In this document: positions 27,141 to 37,914 of the stretch, piece by piece
How the letters are laid out: each line of letters starts with the position of its first letter
Numbering within the stretch: the first letter of the stretch is position 1
Virus record (IMG/VR): IMGVR_UViG_3300042876_000902
Span: 17,969-81,968 of that record
Source: a virus
DNA: 64,000 nucleotides
Reading direction: 5' to 3' (one strand)
Translations under genes and position numbers: made by a program
The notes under the pieces: model-generated
What the model was told of the DNA's origin: nothing
The model's input: the letters and a program-made list of their open reading frames with translations, nothing else
Database searches by the model: none

Positions 27141-29058
27141 TCACTTCTCCGCCGCGACGAACTCGTTCACCGACTGCCAGGTCCGCATCGTCAGCCGGGT
27201 CTCCGTCGTCGTCCGCAGCACGAACGGGTCGCCGAGCCCGCACGGAGGCGGGTAGCTCACGACGGTCTCGACGGTCGTCCCGGCCACCCGCTCGTACGTG
27301 ATGTCCCGGAGCGTCGTGCCGCGCTTCACGACCGCGAACCCGCGGACCCGGAGTGCCAGCCCCGCGTCGGTCTTCGCGAGGGCGTCGGTGAGGGACTTCG
27401 CCGCGACATCCTTAAAAGTATCCATCTCGCTCTCTTTCACCCGACCCACTTGACCTTGATGTTCGGCCCGTAGATCATCTTGAGGTACCGGCACGTGTAG
27501 CAGCTTCCCCAGGTCAGCCCGGTCCGCCACGACCGCCGGACCGTCCGGCCGCAGCAGCTGCACTTCTTCCGCTCCGCAGGCGACGGCCTCGTCCTCGCGA
27601 GGTAGTGCCGGTGGTTCCGCTCGCCCTCCCACCGCCTCGGGTACTCCCTCTCTTCCGCAGCTTCAGCCATGACGTTCGCTCCGTCACTCCAAGTTGATGG
27701 TGACCTTCCCGTACATCCTCCGCCGCCTCGCCGCGACCGCCCGCCGGGTCCTGACCCAACCGCGCAACAGCCAGAGCAGGATCGCGGCGACGACCCCCGC
27801 CGACACCCAGCACGCGGGGCTCACCTGAGCCTCACGAACTTGACGAGGTACTCGCCGTGCGAGCTGGTCTCGCGGGTCTCGAGCATCACCCGCTCGTCCA
27901 AGCCGAACCGGGTGGCGGCGTAGTGCGCCGCCTGGTCCAGCGATGGCGCATGGACCCGCTCGGTGAGCGGTCGAACGGAGTCGACAACCCACTGCTGGAT
28001 GGCTCGCTCGCCCCGGCCGTCGACCTCTGGGAACATCGCGGCGATCTCCCGGGCCACGAGCCACCGCTCCCCGAGCGGCTTCAAGTTGAGCCGCTCGCGC
28101 CGGGCGACGGTCGCGATGAGCAGCAGCCGCTCCTCCGGAGTCACGCCGTGCCACGGCTTGTCAGGCCGGTCGAGGTTCAGCGGGAAGCGCGCGAGGCAGA
28201 CCTCGCACCACTCCTCCTTCGAGTCGGGCATCGCCTTGATGCACGTCGAGCTGAACCGCCGCACACTCAGGCAGAGCACGTGGTCGTTCGGGGGGTACCC
28301 CTCGTCAGCCTTCCGGCCGGAGTCCCACACCTCCTCCGTGAGGTCGCGGGGCCGGTCCGGGTTCCACAGAGCCGCGCGGGTCGCACCGGCGTAGGCACAC
28401 CCGAGCATCTCGACGGCCACCTTGGTCTCCGGCGCGAACCGGGTCCGCCCCTCGGGCCGGAGCTTCTCGCCCTCCGGGCCCGTCACGAACACCCCCGCCC
28501 CGTCCTCCTTCACGACGCGCTTCATCACGCCCTCGCCTTCGGGTTCGCCATCTCGCGGGCGAGCGCGGCGTCCACCTGCTCCGCTCTGGCAGCACGGCGG
28601 ACGAGGTTGCCGACGAGGATCGCGACCTTCATCTGCTTCCGCTCGTGGTAGCGGACGTGCTCCCGGATGAGCGCCTCCTCGAACGCACGCTCGCGCTTCG
28701 TCATGTCCGACCACCGGGCGAACCCCGCCCGTTCCAGCTCGGCCGCGAGCCGGGCCCACGTCGGGACCTCCGTCCACCCGCAGCGGACCGACTGCAGGTC
28801 TGCGAGGTTCTTCGCGAGGGCGAGGGCGTCGTCGGACGAGAGCCTCATCTGGACCATGGCCGTCACCGCCAGGTCGTGCATTTCCTGCCGGTGGCGATCT
28901 GTCATCCCCGGCCGCTTCCCCACCGTCCGCGCTCTCTCCGCCGCCTGCCGCCGGGCGAACTCCGCCAGCACCCGCCGCAGTGCCCTGAGCTTCGCCAAGG
29001 TCGAGAGCCCGTTGAGCGGCCCGACCGTCCTCGTCTCGATGTTGCACCAGTCCGTCAT
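27141..29058 (-). other. Run of translationally coupled small hypothetical CDSs (27141-27440, 27437-27670 Zn finger, 27684-27824 TM, 27821-28525, 28525-29058)
   Basis: Abutting or overlapping start/stop codons; G/C-ending codons. Confidence 0.6.
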
Positions 29059-29073
29059 GACGTGTCCCTCCTG

Positions 29074-29526
29074 TCACGTGGTATGTTTCTTGAGCAGCGT
29101 CTTCCACTTCGTCTTCCACGCCAACACCTCGGCCCGGCCCGCCTCGACGTTCCGCGGGTCGTTCCACCACGTCGAGACGCCCGACGGGTGGGGGACGACG
29201 ATCGCCGGTCGGCCGCGGACCTCGCACCGCTGGAAGTGCCGCGGATGCTCGACCCCGAAGGCCTCGGCGACCCGGAGGCCGACGAGGACCACGGGCGCCG
29301 TGGCGAGGTCGATGACCCTCGCTGCCCGCCGGGCCCGGTGGAGCGGGAAGAGGTCGCCCTTCCCGGCGGCCGGGCCCGGGTACTTGCTCAGCAGGTTGAC
29401 GACGTGGCATTCGTCGAGCGACACGCTCAGCAGGTGCTCGAGCCGCTCACGGCTGTTCCTGGCCTCCAGCGGTCGGTCCGGGTCCGACGTCCGGCCCGGC
29501 GCCTGACCCACGATGTTGAGCATCAC
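29074..29526 (-). CDS. Uracil-DNA-glycosylase-superfamily protein
   Basis: IVGQAP (motif A), VVNL, VVLVG, VPHPSG (motif B). Confidence 0.7.
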   Translation of the reverse strand: MMLNIVGQAPGRTSDPDRPLEARNSRERLEHLLSVSLDECHVVNLLSKYPGPAAGKGDLFPLHRARRAARVIDLATAPVVLVGLRVAEAFGVEHPRHFQRCEVRGRPAIVVPHPSGVSTWWNDPRNVEAGRAEVLAWKTKWKTLLKKHTT

Positions 29527-29623
29527 TCACCTCCCGAGGAGAGTGCCGAAGATGACCAGGTCGACGGCCACGATGACCCCGACGACTACTCCGGCCCAGA
29601 AGCTACCCCAGTTCCACACAGTC

Positions 29624-30985
29624 CTAACCTCCCTTCCGTCGTTCATCGTTCAGCTTGTCGATGAGCCTCCGGACCCGGATGCCCTCCCGCTGCTGGTCCG
29701 GGTTGTCCGAGATGACGTCCTCGCCCGGCCGCCTCGGGTCGAAGACCTCCCCGCTGTTCCTGTACTTCGGGTCGCTGAGCTGCCAGTAGAGGTGGGAGTC
29801 GAGCGCCGCGAGGATGATCGACGCTTCGCTGATCGTCAGGTCGACCTTCATGTTCACTCCTCCTCCCATCCGTCGAACCACGGGCCCCACTGATCGGTGC
29901 GATGGCGGTTCTCGCTGAGCTTGCAGGTACGCGAGCTGGTCTCGGGGTCTCGGCAGTGTTCTTGGGCCTCCGCCCGAGACAGCCCGCGCTTCACCACCTT
30001 GCGATGACTCGGGGCCTCCGGGTTCTGGAAGAACCGGACGACGCGGTAGGTGGTCACCGGAGCCTCCTCCTGTTCAGGCAGAACTGGCACAGGCGCTTCC
30101 CGTCGCTCGCGGCCTCGACGGTCCACACCCCGCGCTGCTTGCACCCGTCCTCCTCGCAGTCGCCTGCCCGCTGCGACCCCGACTTGACATCGGCCGCCTT
30201 CTTGAACTCCGCATTGAAGTCGTCTTCCCAGTTCATGGCAACCTCAGCTTGGCTCCGGCGGGGAGCCCGCCGTTGAAGACCAGCAGCCCGTCCGCTGGCA
30301 TGACGTGAACGAAGCAGTCGCCGGTGGGGAACCCTCCGCCGACCCAGACACCGTCCCACTCCCACCGCTGCAGCGCGATGCGCGCTGCGGCGGCGTGGTT
30401 CTCGTCGGCCCCGAGGGCGTCGTCCCAACTGACGATGACCCTCCGTGGTGGGTGGCCGTCGTGAGCATAGCCAGGATCGGTGACCGAGACTCTGGCACCG
30501 CTGCGGTTCGTCGGCGGCAGGTACTTCGTGAAGATGGCGCGCATCACGACCTCGCCTTCCGGACGCCGACCGCCGCGTTGGCGATCTCGAACGCCCGCTG
30601 TGCGATGTCCCTCGCGGTCTGAGCAGGGAACGCCGCCGACATGTGGGCGCAGCACCGGATCATGATGCTGTCCCTGATGCCCTCCTCTTCGCGCACCGCC
30701 TCGCGGCACTCGTAGCAGAACCTGTACTTCGTCGAGACCTCGCGTTTCTTGCACCGCTCGCAGGGATGAGTCTCCCCGCCTGCCTTCCTCTCGGACATGG
30801 CTTCACTCCTCTTGCGTTCGCGAGCCCACGCCCAAGGGTCGGGCTCACCGTAGTAGAAATCACCCATGACGCGCCGCCTCCGGCCGTCGTCGCTCGGGCT
30901 TCGGCGGCCCCTCGTTGCACATCCCAACGAGCAGCAGGACGGTCACGCAGAGCAGCACGTAGATCCCCACGGTCGGCTCTCTCAT
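29624..30985 (-). other. Small hypothetical early CDSs (29624-29851, 29854-30057, 30054-30236, 30233-30544, 30544-30867, 30860-30985)
   Basis: Coupled ORFs with RBSs. Confidence 0.55.
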
Positions 30986-31674
30986 TCAAGCGGTCTCCTC
31001 ACCTGGACATCCTTGCCGTCCTTGAGCCCGTCGCCCATCGCGGTCCAGTCGCGGGGCTTCGCCTTCCGCTCGGGCGCCTTCCGGCCCGCCGTCACCTCGA
31101 GCACATACTCCTCCACCCGCTTCTTCACCGTCGGCCGGACGAGCGGCTCCACCTTCCGTGTCACCTCGGAGGCCCACCCGACGCAGTAGGAGTCGCCCTT
31201 GACGGCGAGCCCCTTCCGGCTGATCAGCGGGTACTCCTCCTTCACCTTGTCGAGGTACTGCTCGCGGGCCTTGCGCATCGCCCGCGAGAGGTTCGTCGCC
31301 GCGTACGTCGCCACCTTCACGTCGACCTCCGGGCCGACGATGATGTAGTGGGCGTAGTAGCGAGCCGCACCTACCTGGCTCAGCTTGTACTTGCCGCCGA
31401 GCCCGGCTTGGAACAGCAACTCGCACCCGAAGGCCTGCGCAATGCCGCCGAAGAGGATGGTCTCGTAGTCCTTCGACTTCGACGCCGAGGCCCACGAGCG
31501 GAGCGGATGCTCCTTGATCGGTCCGACCTCCGCGTCGGAGGTCGAGACTCCGTGCTCCTTCATCAGCGCTTGGGCACGCTCCATCGCCAGCGCCGCCTCG
31601 TGCGGGTTCGGGTTGTTCCCGGCGAGGGCGAGCAGCTTGGCGATGCGTTCGATGATCTTCGGGTCAGCGCTCAT
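30982..31674 (-). CDS. DUF2786-domain protein
   Basis: IIERIAKLLALA..NPHEAALAMERAQALM. Confidence 0.85.
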   Translation of the reverse strand: MSADPKIIERIAKLLALAGNNPNPHEAALAMERAQALMKEHGVSTSDAEVGPIKEHPLRSWASASKSKDYETILFGGIAQAFGCELLFQAGLGGKYKLSQVGAARYYAHYIIVGPEVDVKVATYAATNLSRAMRKAREQYLDKVKEEYPLISRKGLAVKGDSYCVGWASEVTRKVEPLVRPTVKKRVEEYVLEVTAGRKAPERKAKPRDWTAMGDGLKDGKDVQVRRPLE

Positions 31675-32086
31675 CGGCAGCCTCCAGCAATGGCGCGTGC
31701 CACGTGATCGTGTGCTCCCCGTCCCACCCGAAGAGGGCACCGGGGCCGTTCCCCTCCTCGTCGCGCGAGGCGTAGATGATGGCGCCGGACGACAGCTCGA
31801 CGGCCATCGACGGCTCATTCCATCCCTCGCGCTCCAGCTCCTCCTTCGTCATCTTGCGGATCCGGACGACGGCCGTCCCGATGATCAGGTCGCCGCCCGG
31901 CCCCGCCGCGTGGAGCTTCAGGCACTGCGGGCAGTTCACCTCCGGCGTCTGCGTGTCGCGGTCCCGCGGCTCGAGTGCCCACGAGTGGCCAGGTGGCCAG
32001 TCGCGCGGCATCTTCGAGTCGAACCGGCACAGCGGCAACCCTGCGTCCAGGTAGTGTATCACCCTCTTGGCTCTGTTGGACGTCAT
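31664..32086 (-). CDS. Hypothetical protein
   Basis: ATG after AGGAGG; ..SRDEEGNGPGALF motif. Confidence 0.6.
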   Translation of the reverse strand: MTSNRAKRVIHYLDAGLPLCRFDSKMPRDWPPGHSWALEPRDRDTQTPEVNCPQCLKLHAAGPGGDLIIGTAVVRIRKMTKEELEREGWNEPSMAVELSSGAIIYASRDEEGNGPGALFGWDGEHTITWHAPLLEAADER

Positions 32087-32189
32087 GCTCCGTCCTCCTG
32101 TGTGAGTTGATTCGTTCCCGGAACCGAAGGCCCGGGGCCGACCCGTTTGCTCCGTGCGGTGTCGGGCCAGCCCCGAGCCTCCCCCATCC

Positions 32190-32450
32190 CTACTCCGCTG
32201 CGTGAGCGTGCTGCTCGGCGAACCGCTTGCCGATGACCCCGCGAAGGACCATCTGCCTGCGGTACCACTGCGGCCAGTGCCGCTTCGACTCGTCCAGCAA
32301 CCCGCGCTTCTTCATCGCGAGGAAGATCTCCTCGTTCGTCTTGCCCTTCCCGATGAGTGTGCGGATCATGAACGCTGCGCTCTCGGCACGAGACGACGTG
32401 GACGACGACTTCGACTGCCGCTTCGCCTGCTTCTTGACGGTTGTTGCCAT
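32190..32450 (-). CDS. WYR-domain HTH-like protein
   Basis: SAAFMIRTLI..TNEEI..HWPQWYR. Confidence 0.65.
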   Translation of the reverse strand: MATTVKKQAKRQSKSSSTSSRAESAAFMIRTLIGKGKTNEEIFLAMKKRGLLDESKRHWPQWYRRQMVLRGVIGKRFAEQHAHAAE

Positions 32451-32588
32451 GACTGCTCTCCTGTTGCGGATGGGTGCTGCTCTGTGAGACGCTCGAGCAC
32501 CGCTGCTCGACTGCCGCGGGACCGTTCCCGCTGACCTTCGGCGTCTCATCGAGGGGAGGACCCCGGAGGGTCCTCCCGGCCCGGTCCG

Positions 32589-32999
32589 CTACGGTGCCTT
32601 CACCTTGGCCTCGGGGAACCCCTTGCGCAGCATGTCGGCGCGGTACCACTGCGGCCAGCTGTCCAGGATCCCGGCCTTCGGGAACTGCTTGCGTGCCGCC
32701 TTGAGGATGTCCTCGTTGGACTTCCTGGCGATGATGAGCGAGCGCATCAGGTGGGAGATCGACCCCTCCCGCCCGAGGCTCGGGCCCTTCGCCTTCTCGG
32801 GCTTCGCGGCGGGCTTCGCCTTGGCCAGCTTCTCCGCCTTGGTACCGCCCGCCGACTTCCCGGGCGGAAGCGTCGGCATCTGCTTCCGCATCGACTCCTT
32901 CGCCACCTCGACGTTCTTGGGCAGCTTCTTGAACCCCTTCGCAGCCTTCGTGGCCTTCACGGTCTTCGTGGTCTCGGGCTTCTCGACGTTGCTCTCCAT
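32589..32999 (-). CDS. Lys-rich WYR-domain HTH-like protein (possible upstream GTG 33137)
   Basis: SISHLMRSLI..SNEDI..FPKAGI..WPQWYR. Confidence 0.65.
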   Translation of the reverse strand: MESNVEKPETTKTVKATKAAKGFKKLPKNVEVAKESMRKQMPTLPPGKSAGGTKAEKLAKAKPAAKPEKAKGPSLGREGSISHLMRSLIIARKSNEDILKAARKQFPKAGILDSWPQWYRADMLRKGFPEAKVKAP

Positions 33000-33133
33000 C
33001 GCTCCTCTGCCTTCCCGGCCGCGCTCGGCGGCCTGTCTGATGATGCGGTCCAACTTCCTCTTCAGCTGCCTCAGCACCTTCTCGCGTCTCCCCCACGCCG
33101 GGCCGCTGACTTTCCCGACGCCGAGGTCCGGAC

Positions 33134-33535
33134 TCACGTCTCGTCCTCCTCCGTGACCTTCAGCTCGTCGAACTTCATCAGCAGCCGGTTCGCCTCCCGC
33201 TCCCGCTCGACGGCCGCGAGGACGGCCGAGTGAGCGTCCTCCATCACCTGCTTCAGGTGATGGATCGCCTGCTGCTTCATGTCCTTCAGGAACAGCTCCT
33301 TCAGCTCCTTCCGATTCTTGCACGAGATCCCGCCGACGCACTCAAACCCCTCGAACGGCCCGCAGGTTGCGGTGACCTTCGCCCAGCACCAAGCGAAGGG
33401 GTCACCGCGGTTCACCCGCTCGATGATCTCCTGCTCCATGTCGGCGTCGGCCGCGTCGTCGCCCGACGCGAAGGCCCCCTTCACCGGCATGTCCTCCTGC
33501 CCGACCCGGTACTTCACCACGATGGCTTCGCTCAC
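33134..33535 (-). CDS. Hypothetical protein
   Basis: GTGA-coupled ORF. Confidence 0.55.
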   Translation of the reverse strand: MSEAIVVKYRVGQEDMPVKGAFASGDDAADADMEQEIIERVNRGDPFAWCWAKVTATCGPFEGFECVGGISCKNRKELKELFLKDMKQQAIHHLKQVMEDAHSAVLAAVEREREANRLLMKFDELKVTEEDET

Positions 33536-33798
33536 GGTCCCCTCCCCACCACCGAGATGACGTCGGGCGGGACGACGGCCTGAAGCGTCCGGCCGCTGTC
33601 CCACTTGATGCCAACCTGGGTGTAGTGCTGCCGGCCGAGGTGAACCGACGACGCGTCGATGACGGTCCCGAGCGACCCGGCCGGGATGGGGTCGGGATCG
33701 TCCTTCATCGACACCAGCTTGACCCGGTCCCCGGGCCGGTAGGGCGGGCAGTCCTCAGAATACCCGTGCCAGTTGTTGCACTTCGCACACTTCGCCAT
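33532..33798 (-). CDS. DUF4314-domain protein
   Basis: GDRVKLVSM.DDP.PIP.G..GTV..WDSG..L. Confidence 0.7.
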   Translation of the reverse strand: MAKCAKCNNWHGYSEDCPPYRPGDRVKLVSMKDDPDPIPAGSLGTVIDASSVHLGRQHYTQVGIKWDSGRTLQAVVPPDVISVVGRGP

Positions 33799-33812
33799 GG
33801 CCCATCCTCCCT

Positions 33813-34332
33813 TCACAGCGTGTCCCTCAGGTGGTCATGCACTCGGTCGGGCGGGCTCCCGCGACGGGCGGCGAAGATCGACTCTCCCCGCTCCCGGCAC
33901 AGCTCGACCCGCTCCCGCTTCGACATCTGAGCCCAGCACCTCTCGACCTCCTCGCACTCGCGCCGCGAGAAGTCGTCCTCGTCGAGCACGGGGTAGGCGT
34001 CCAGCTCCGCCCCGATGTCACACCAGGTGCGGAACGCCCTAGTCACCTTCCCGTCCGGTCGGTAGACGAGGATCGCGAACCCGGCGACCCACCCGACGGC
34101 CCAGTGGGTGTGGTCCTGCTCTGTCGCCCACCCCCCGCCGGACGTACGGTGCCATCCGCTTCGCGATGGCCGCCGCGTTCGACTGCTCCAGCACGTCGGA
34201 GTCCCGGTTGTGGGTGTAGACGATCGTCCACTGGTCGGAGTCGGGTGGCCGTGCGAACCAGGCGAAGCACTCGAAGCGCCGATGGTTCCCCGCCGCCTTC
34301 GCGGCGAGGGCGGCGCAGTCTGATGCCCTCAC
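33813..34332 (-). pseudogene. Hypothetical gene split by a frameshift at a G6 run (34131-34136)
   Basis: Removing one G joins ..NRDSDVLEQSN.. to ..HWAVGW..YPVLDEDD in one frame. Confidence 0.6.
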
Positions 34333-35390
34333 GTCTCGTCCCTCCTCCAGATGCAGTCCTTCGGCGACTTGTCCGGCCGCGGGCGGTTCCACCTCGGGTG
34401 GCGGAACCGGCCCGTGGGCTCCCGGCCGTTGTGCTCGACCTCGATGACGGTGCCGATGAACCGCTCCGGGTGCAGCGACATCTCCTTGCGGAGGGCGTCG
34501 GAGAACCCCGAGACGCCCCGCTTCGGGTTCGAGACTGGCACGAGCTTGCCGTTCCGGTACTGCCCGATGGCGAGCCCGCCGATCCACCCCAGCTTGGCGT
34601 ACTTGGTCATCGTCTCCTGGTCATCACCCTTCTTCACGCTCATCTCGCGGGCCGGGACCGTCCCGGTGACAACGACGTCGGCCGTCCACACCTCCTTGAG
34701 CTTCACCCAGCGGGAGGCCTTCCCGTCGTACGGGGAGTCGAGCGGCTTCAGCACGATGCCCTCCTCGCCCTCGGCCACGACCCGCTCATGGAACACCCGC
34801 TTCTTGGCCACCTCGCCCTTCGACATCGAGACGAACGGGTTGCCCCAAGCGTTGAGGACTTCGCCAGCCGCCCCGCGCCGGTGGATGAGCGTCGCGTCCC
34901 GGATGTCCCTCCCCTTGTGCCAGAGGCAGTCGAACACCACGAGCCGGAGCGGGCCGCGCTCCAGCTGCTTCATCACCGCGAGCTTCGGATCGGACGTGAT
35001 GATGGACCCGACTGCCTTCGAGACGGCCCCGCCCTCCGCCCGGATCGCCGCGATGGCCTTCCGACTCGGGATGACCTCGCAGTCGATGACGGTGCCATCG
35101 AGGGAGCGAGCCCGCTTGACCCGGGCCGGGACGGGCTCCATCTGCCGCGAGCCCTCCCACCACTCGGCCCCCATCGAGAGGTGTGGGACCTGGTTGGTGC
35201 GCTCCTGGAACAGCCCGGTGACCTCGGAGATGCGGCGCGTCGTGAACCGGACCAGGTCACCGCAGAACTGCCCGATGAGCCGGAACCCATCGTACTTCAC
35301 CTCGGCGATGTAGTTCGGGTCGTCGAGCAGCTCGTCGCGGAACTTGCCGTGGGCCGACATCGGCTCCACCTGGATGAACTTCCAGCTCAT
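34329..35390 (-). CDS. ATP-dependent DNA ligase
   Basis: EVKYDG, DCE, VFDCL, EGIVLK, WVKLK, RHPR..R.DK. Confidence 0.9.
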   Translation of the reverse strand: MSWKFIQVEPMSAHGKFRDELLDDPNYIAEVKYDGFRLIGQFCGDLVRFTTRRISEVTGLFQERTNQVPHLSMGAEWWEGSRQMEPVPARVKRARSLDGTVIDCEVIPSRKAIAAIRAEGGAVSKAVGSIITSDPKLAVMKQLERGPLRLVVFDCLWHKGRDIRDATLIHRRGAAGEVLNAWGNPFVSMSKGEVAKKRVFHERVVAEGEEGIVLKPLDSPYDGKASRWVKLKEVWTADVVVTGTVPAREMSVKKGDDQETMTKYAKLGWIGGLAIGQYRNGKLVPVSNPKRGVSGFSDALRKEMSLHPERFIGTVIEVEHNGREPTGRFRHPRWNRPRPDKSPKDCIWRRDET

Positions 35391-37006
35391 CGCAGCACCC
35401 CTTCCTTGATGGCCTCGAGGACCACCATGATCTCGAAGATGATGAGGACGAACGCGAAGTACATTCCGGCGGCCTTCATTCCTCCCTCCCTTCCATCGCG
35501 CTCAGGATGATGTTCGCCTCGTCGACGAGCGCGGCCTCGTCGTCGACGAAGTGGCTGCCCTTCGCCTCCGCAGCGTAGGAGACGCTGTAGCAGTCGGCGC
35601 CATCCTTGGTCATCGGCTTCGAGACCAGCTCCTTCCACCCGAGGGTCGTCAGCATCTCGACCCGGAGGTGGGACTGCGCGTCGTACGCGTCGCGCAGGAT
35701 GTCGACCCGGACCACCCACGGCCCGACCTTCCACACCGACTGGTAGTGCCAGGCTTGGCTGCTCTTCCACAACCTGACGTCCACGAGCCTCTTCGTCTTC
35801 ATCGTCGTCCTCCCTTCAGTGCAAGACTTCGCATTCACCGTTGTCGACGTACTCCCTCGGGTCGGGGACCGCCTTCCCACCCGCGAGGGCGGAGAGGGCG
35901 TCGAGAGACCAGAGGCACAGCGCGTCGTACCTTCCGATGAGGCAAGGCGGGCAGACCGTCGTCCCGTCGTTCCACTCCTTCAGGTCATCCAACGAGAGTG
36001 GCGGGTGAGCGATCCTGCTCATCTCATGCCTCCTTCCCGACCTCGGTCGAGGTCGGCGTTGGCAGCCGGAGCCGCTTCGCGCCGAGCGCCTTGAGCATGA
36101 ACCGAACGTTCCGGTACGTGTGCTCGAACAGCCCGTTCTCCCACAGCGGCTCGCCGTCGTCCGCGAGTGGGACGATGACGACCATGAACGGGTCGGTGAG
36201 CTTCTCCGATGCGGAGAGGTTCCCGTCCGTCGACCACGCCTCGACCCGCCGCCCGTCGAGCATGCCGCGGAGCACCCAGGCCGTGCAGCCGCCGCCGGTG
36301 TGGTAGAACTCGAACCCGAGCGGCTTCACGAGGTCCGCCACCTCCTTGGCGCTCTTCTCCTGCTCCTCCATCCACCGCTGGAACCTGCCCGGCGGCTCCT
36401 CGACACCCATCTCGCGGACGGCGGGCGCCGCGTCGACGCCCGCCTCGAAGTGGGCGTGCTCGGCGTGCTCGAGCCCGAGCGTCGCCTGCTCATCCTTCGT
36501 GAACTGCCGGCCGGGGAAGAACCCGCCCGGGTTCCCCTCGCCGCGGAGCCGCCCGTCCGGGCCGACGCTCGTGTCGGCGAGCACCTTACCGCACCCGACG
36601 CACTCGTACCGGTATCCGATGAACATGGCTAGACCTCCACCTCGACCTGGTCGCAGTCGTTCGGACACCGGAACTGCAGCTTGTCGTCCTCGAGCCCAGT
36701 GAACTCCATCAGCACGTAGGCCCCGAACTTCCCGCAGTTGGGGCACGGCACCCGCAGCTTCCTGTCGTGGGCCTCGGGGCGGCCGTCGCCCGCGCCCTCC
36801 GGCTCGCCGAGCGACCGGGCGACGTTGTCCCGCCACTCGATGAGCATGTGGAGCTGGTCGCTGAACTCAACGAACCCGTCCGGAGACTGCTCGTCGAGCA
36901 CGCTGAACGCCCCGAGCACCTCGAACATGTCGTTCACCTCGACTGCGGCGTTGACGAAGGCCCGCAGCTTCGCGAGCGCCTTCAGCTCTTCCTTGGTGGC
37001 AGCCAT
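35387..37006 (-). other. Small hypothetical CDSs (35387-35479, 35476-35802, 35816-36022, 36024-36626, 36629-37006)
   Basis: Coupled ORFs with GGAGG-type RBSs. Confidence 0.55.
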
Positions 37007-37019
37007 GACATCCCCCTTC

Positions 37020-37445
37020 CTACGTGTGAACTGACCAATCCCCTGCGGTCTGGTGGTAGATGATCCCACCGTTCATCAAGAACTGCCCGCGGCGGTCCCT
37101 CGCCGCGACCCGCCGCGGGTAGACCTCGAAGTACAGCGAGTGCTGGGCGAAGTCCCTCGAGAGCACCGTGACCGCTGGCTCGCCGAAGAACGTGGGGAAG
37201 CACGCCCGGTCGAGCGTCGTCACAAGCTGCTCCAGCTTCCCCTCCCGCTGCGCGAACTCGAAGATGATCGCGATGAGCATCTTCGTCTCCGGCGGCGCCT
37301 CCACGTCGTCCTTGTGGCTCTCGAACCACTCGTCCGCGGTCGTCGGCATCGCGACCTTCCCCTCACCGTCGCAGGCCGGACACCTGGGCAGCTCGGTCGT
37401 GTACCCGTCACCGCCGCAGTTCCGGCAATCCCTCTTCGTCGTCAT
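37020..37445 (-). CDS. DUF4120-like protein with an N-terminal CxxCxGxG finger
   Basis: DFAQHSLYF..NGGIIYH..WSVHT. Confidence 0.65.
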   Translation of the reverse strand: MTTKRDCRNCGGDGYTTELPRCPACDGEGKVAMPTTADEWFESHKDDVEAPPETKMLIAIIFEFAQREGKLEQLVTTLDRACFPTFFGEPAVTVLSRDFAQHSLYFEVYPRRVAARDRRGQFLMNGGIIYHQTAGDWSVHT

Positions 37446-37471
37446 CGTCGTCTCCCCTCTCGGTTGTGCTG

Positions 37472-37744
37472 CTACTCCGCCTCATCGACCACGGCGGCGC
37501 CCTTGCGGATCTTCCGGTCGAGCTTGCGGCGGCGGCGCTCCACGAGCCCGAGCTGGTACGCAGCCTCCACCTGCTCCGGGGTGAGGGTCTTCTTCCCGAA
37601 GGCCGCCGCGAGCGCCGCGCCCTTCTCCGCCGACAGCACCTTGAGCTGCTCCGGGGTCTCCCCGAGCCCGCTCACGAAGCCCGCGGTCTCCACCTTGCCG
37701 TTCGCCTTGCCGTTCACCTTCGTCGTCTTCGTCGTCTTGGCCAT
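37472..37744 (-). CDS. Small basic hypothetical protein
   Basis: ATG after AAGGAG; structured 5' leader. Confidence 0.6.
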   Translation of the reverse strand: MAKTTKTTKVNGKANGKVETAGFVSGLGETPEQLKVLSAEKGAALAAAFGKKTLTPEQVEAAYQLGLVERRRRKLDRKIRKGAAVVDEAE

Positions 37745-37914
37745 CTCGTTCTCCTTGCTGGTTGAGTGCTGCCTGGGGCGATGCGCCCCGTCGACCGGTG
37801 GTGCAAGCCGCGCCCGAGCTTTCGCTCGGGCCCCACGCATGTTGGCACCCTCCTCTCAGCGGGCACCACCGGTCGACGGAGCGGGCGAGCCCGTCGAGGC
37901 TCGCCGCGCCGTCC

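Noticed and set aside
32484-32548. Cloverleaf as a tRNA
   Set aside because: No TTCGA T-loop, D-loop GG or 7-nt anticodon loop; no tRNA was recognised anywhere in the window
37815-37862. Hammerhead ribozyme (CUGAGAG...GAAA)
   Set aside because: The core does not fit CUGANGA, and the GAAA is a hairpin loop rather than a junction strand
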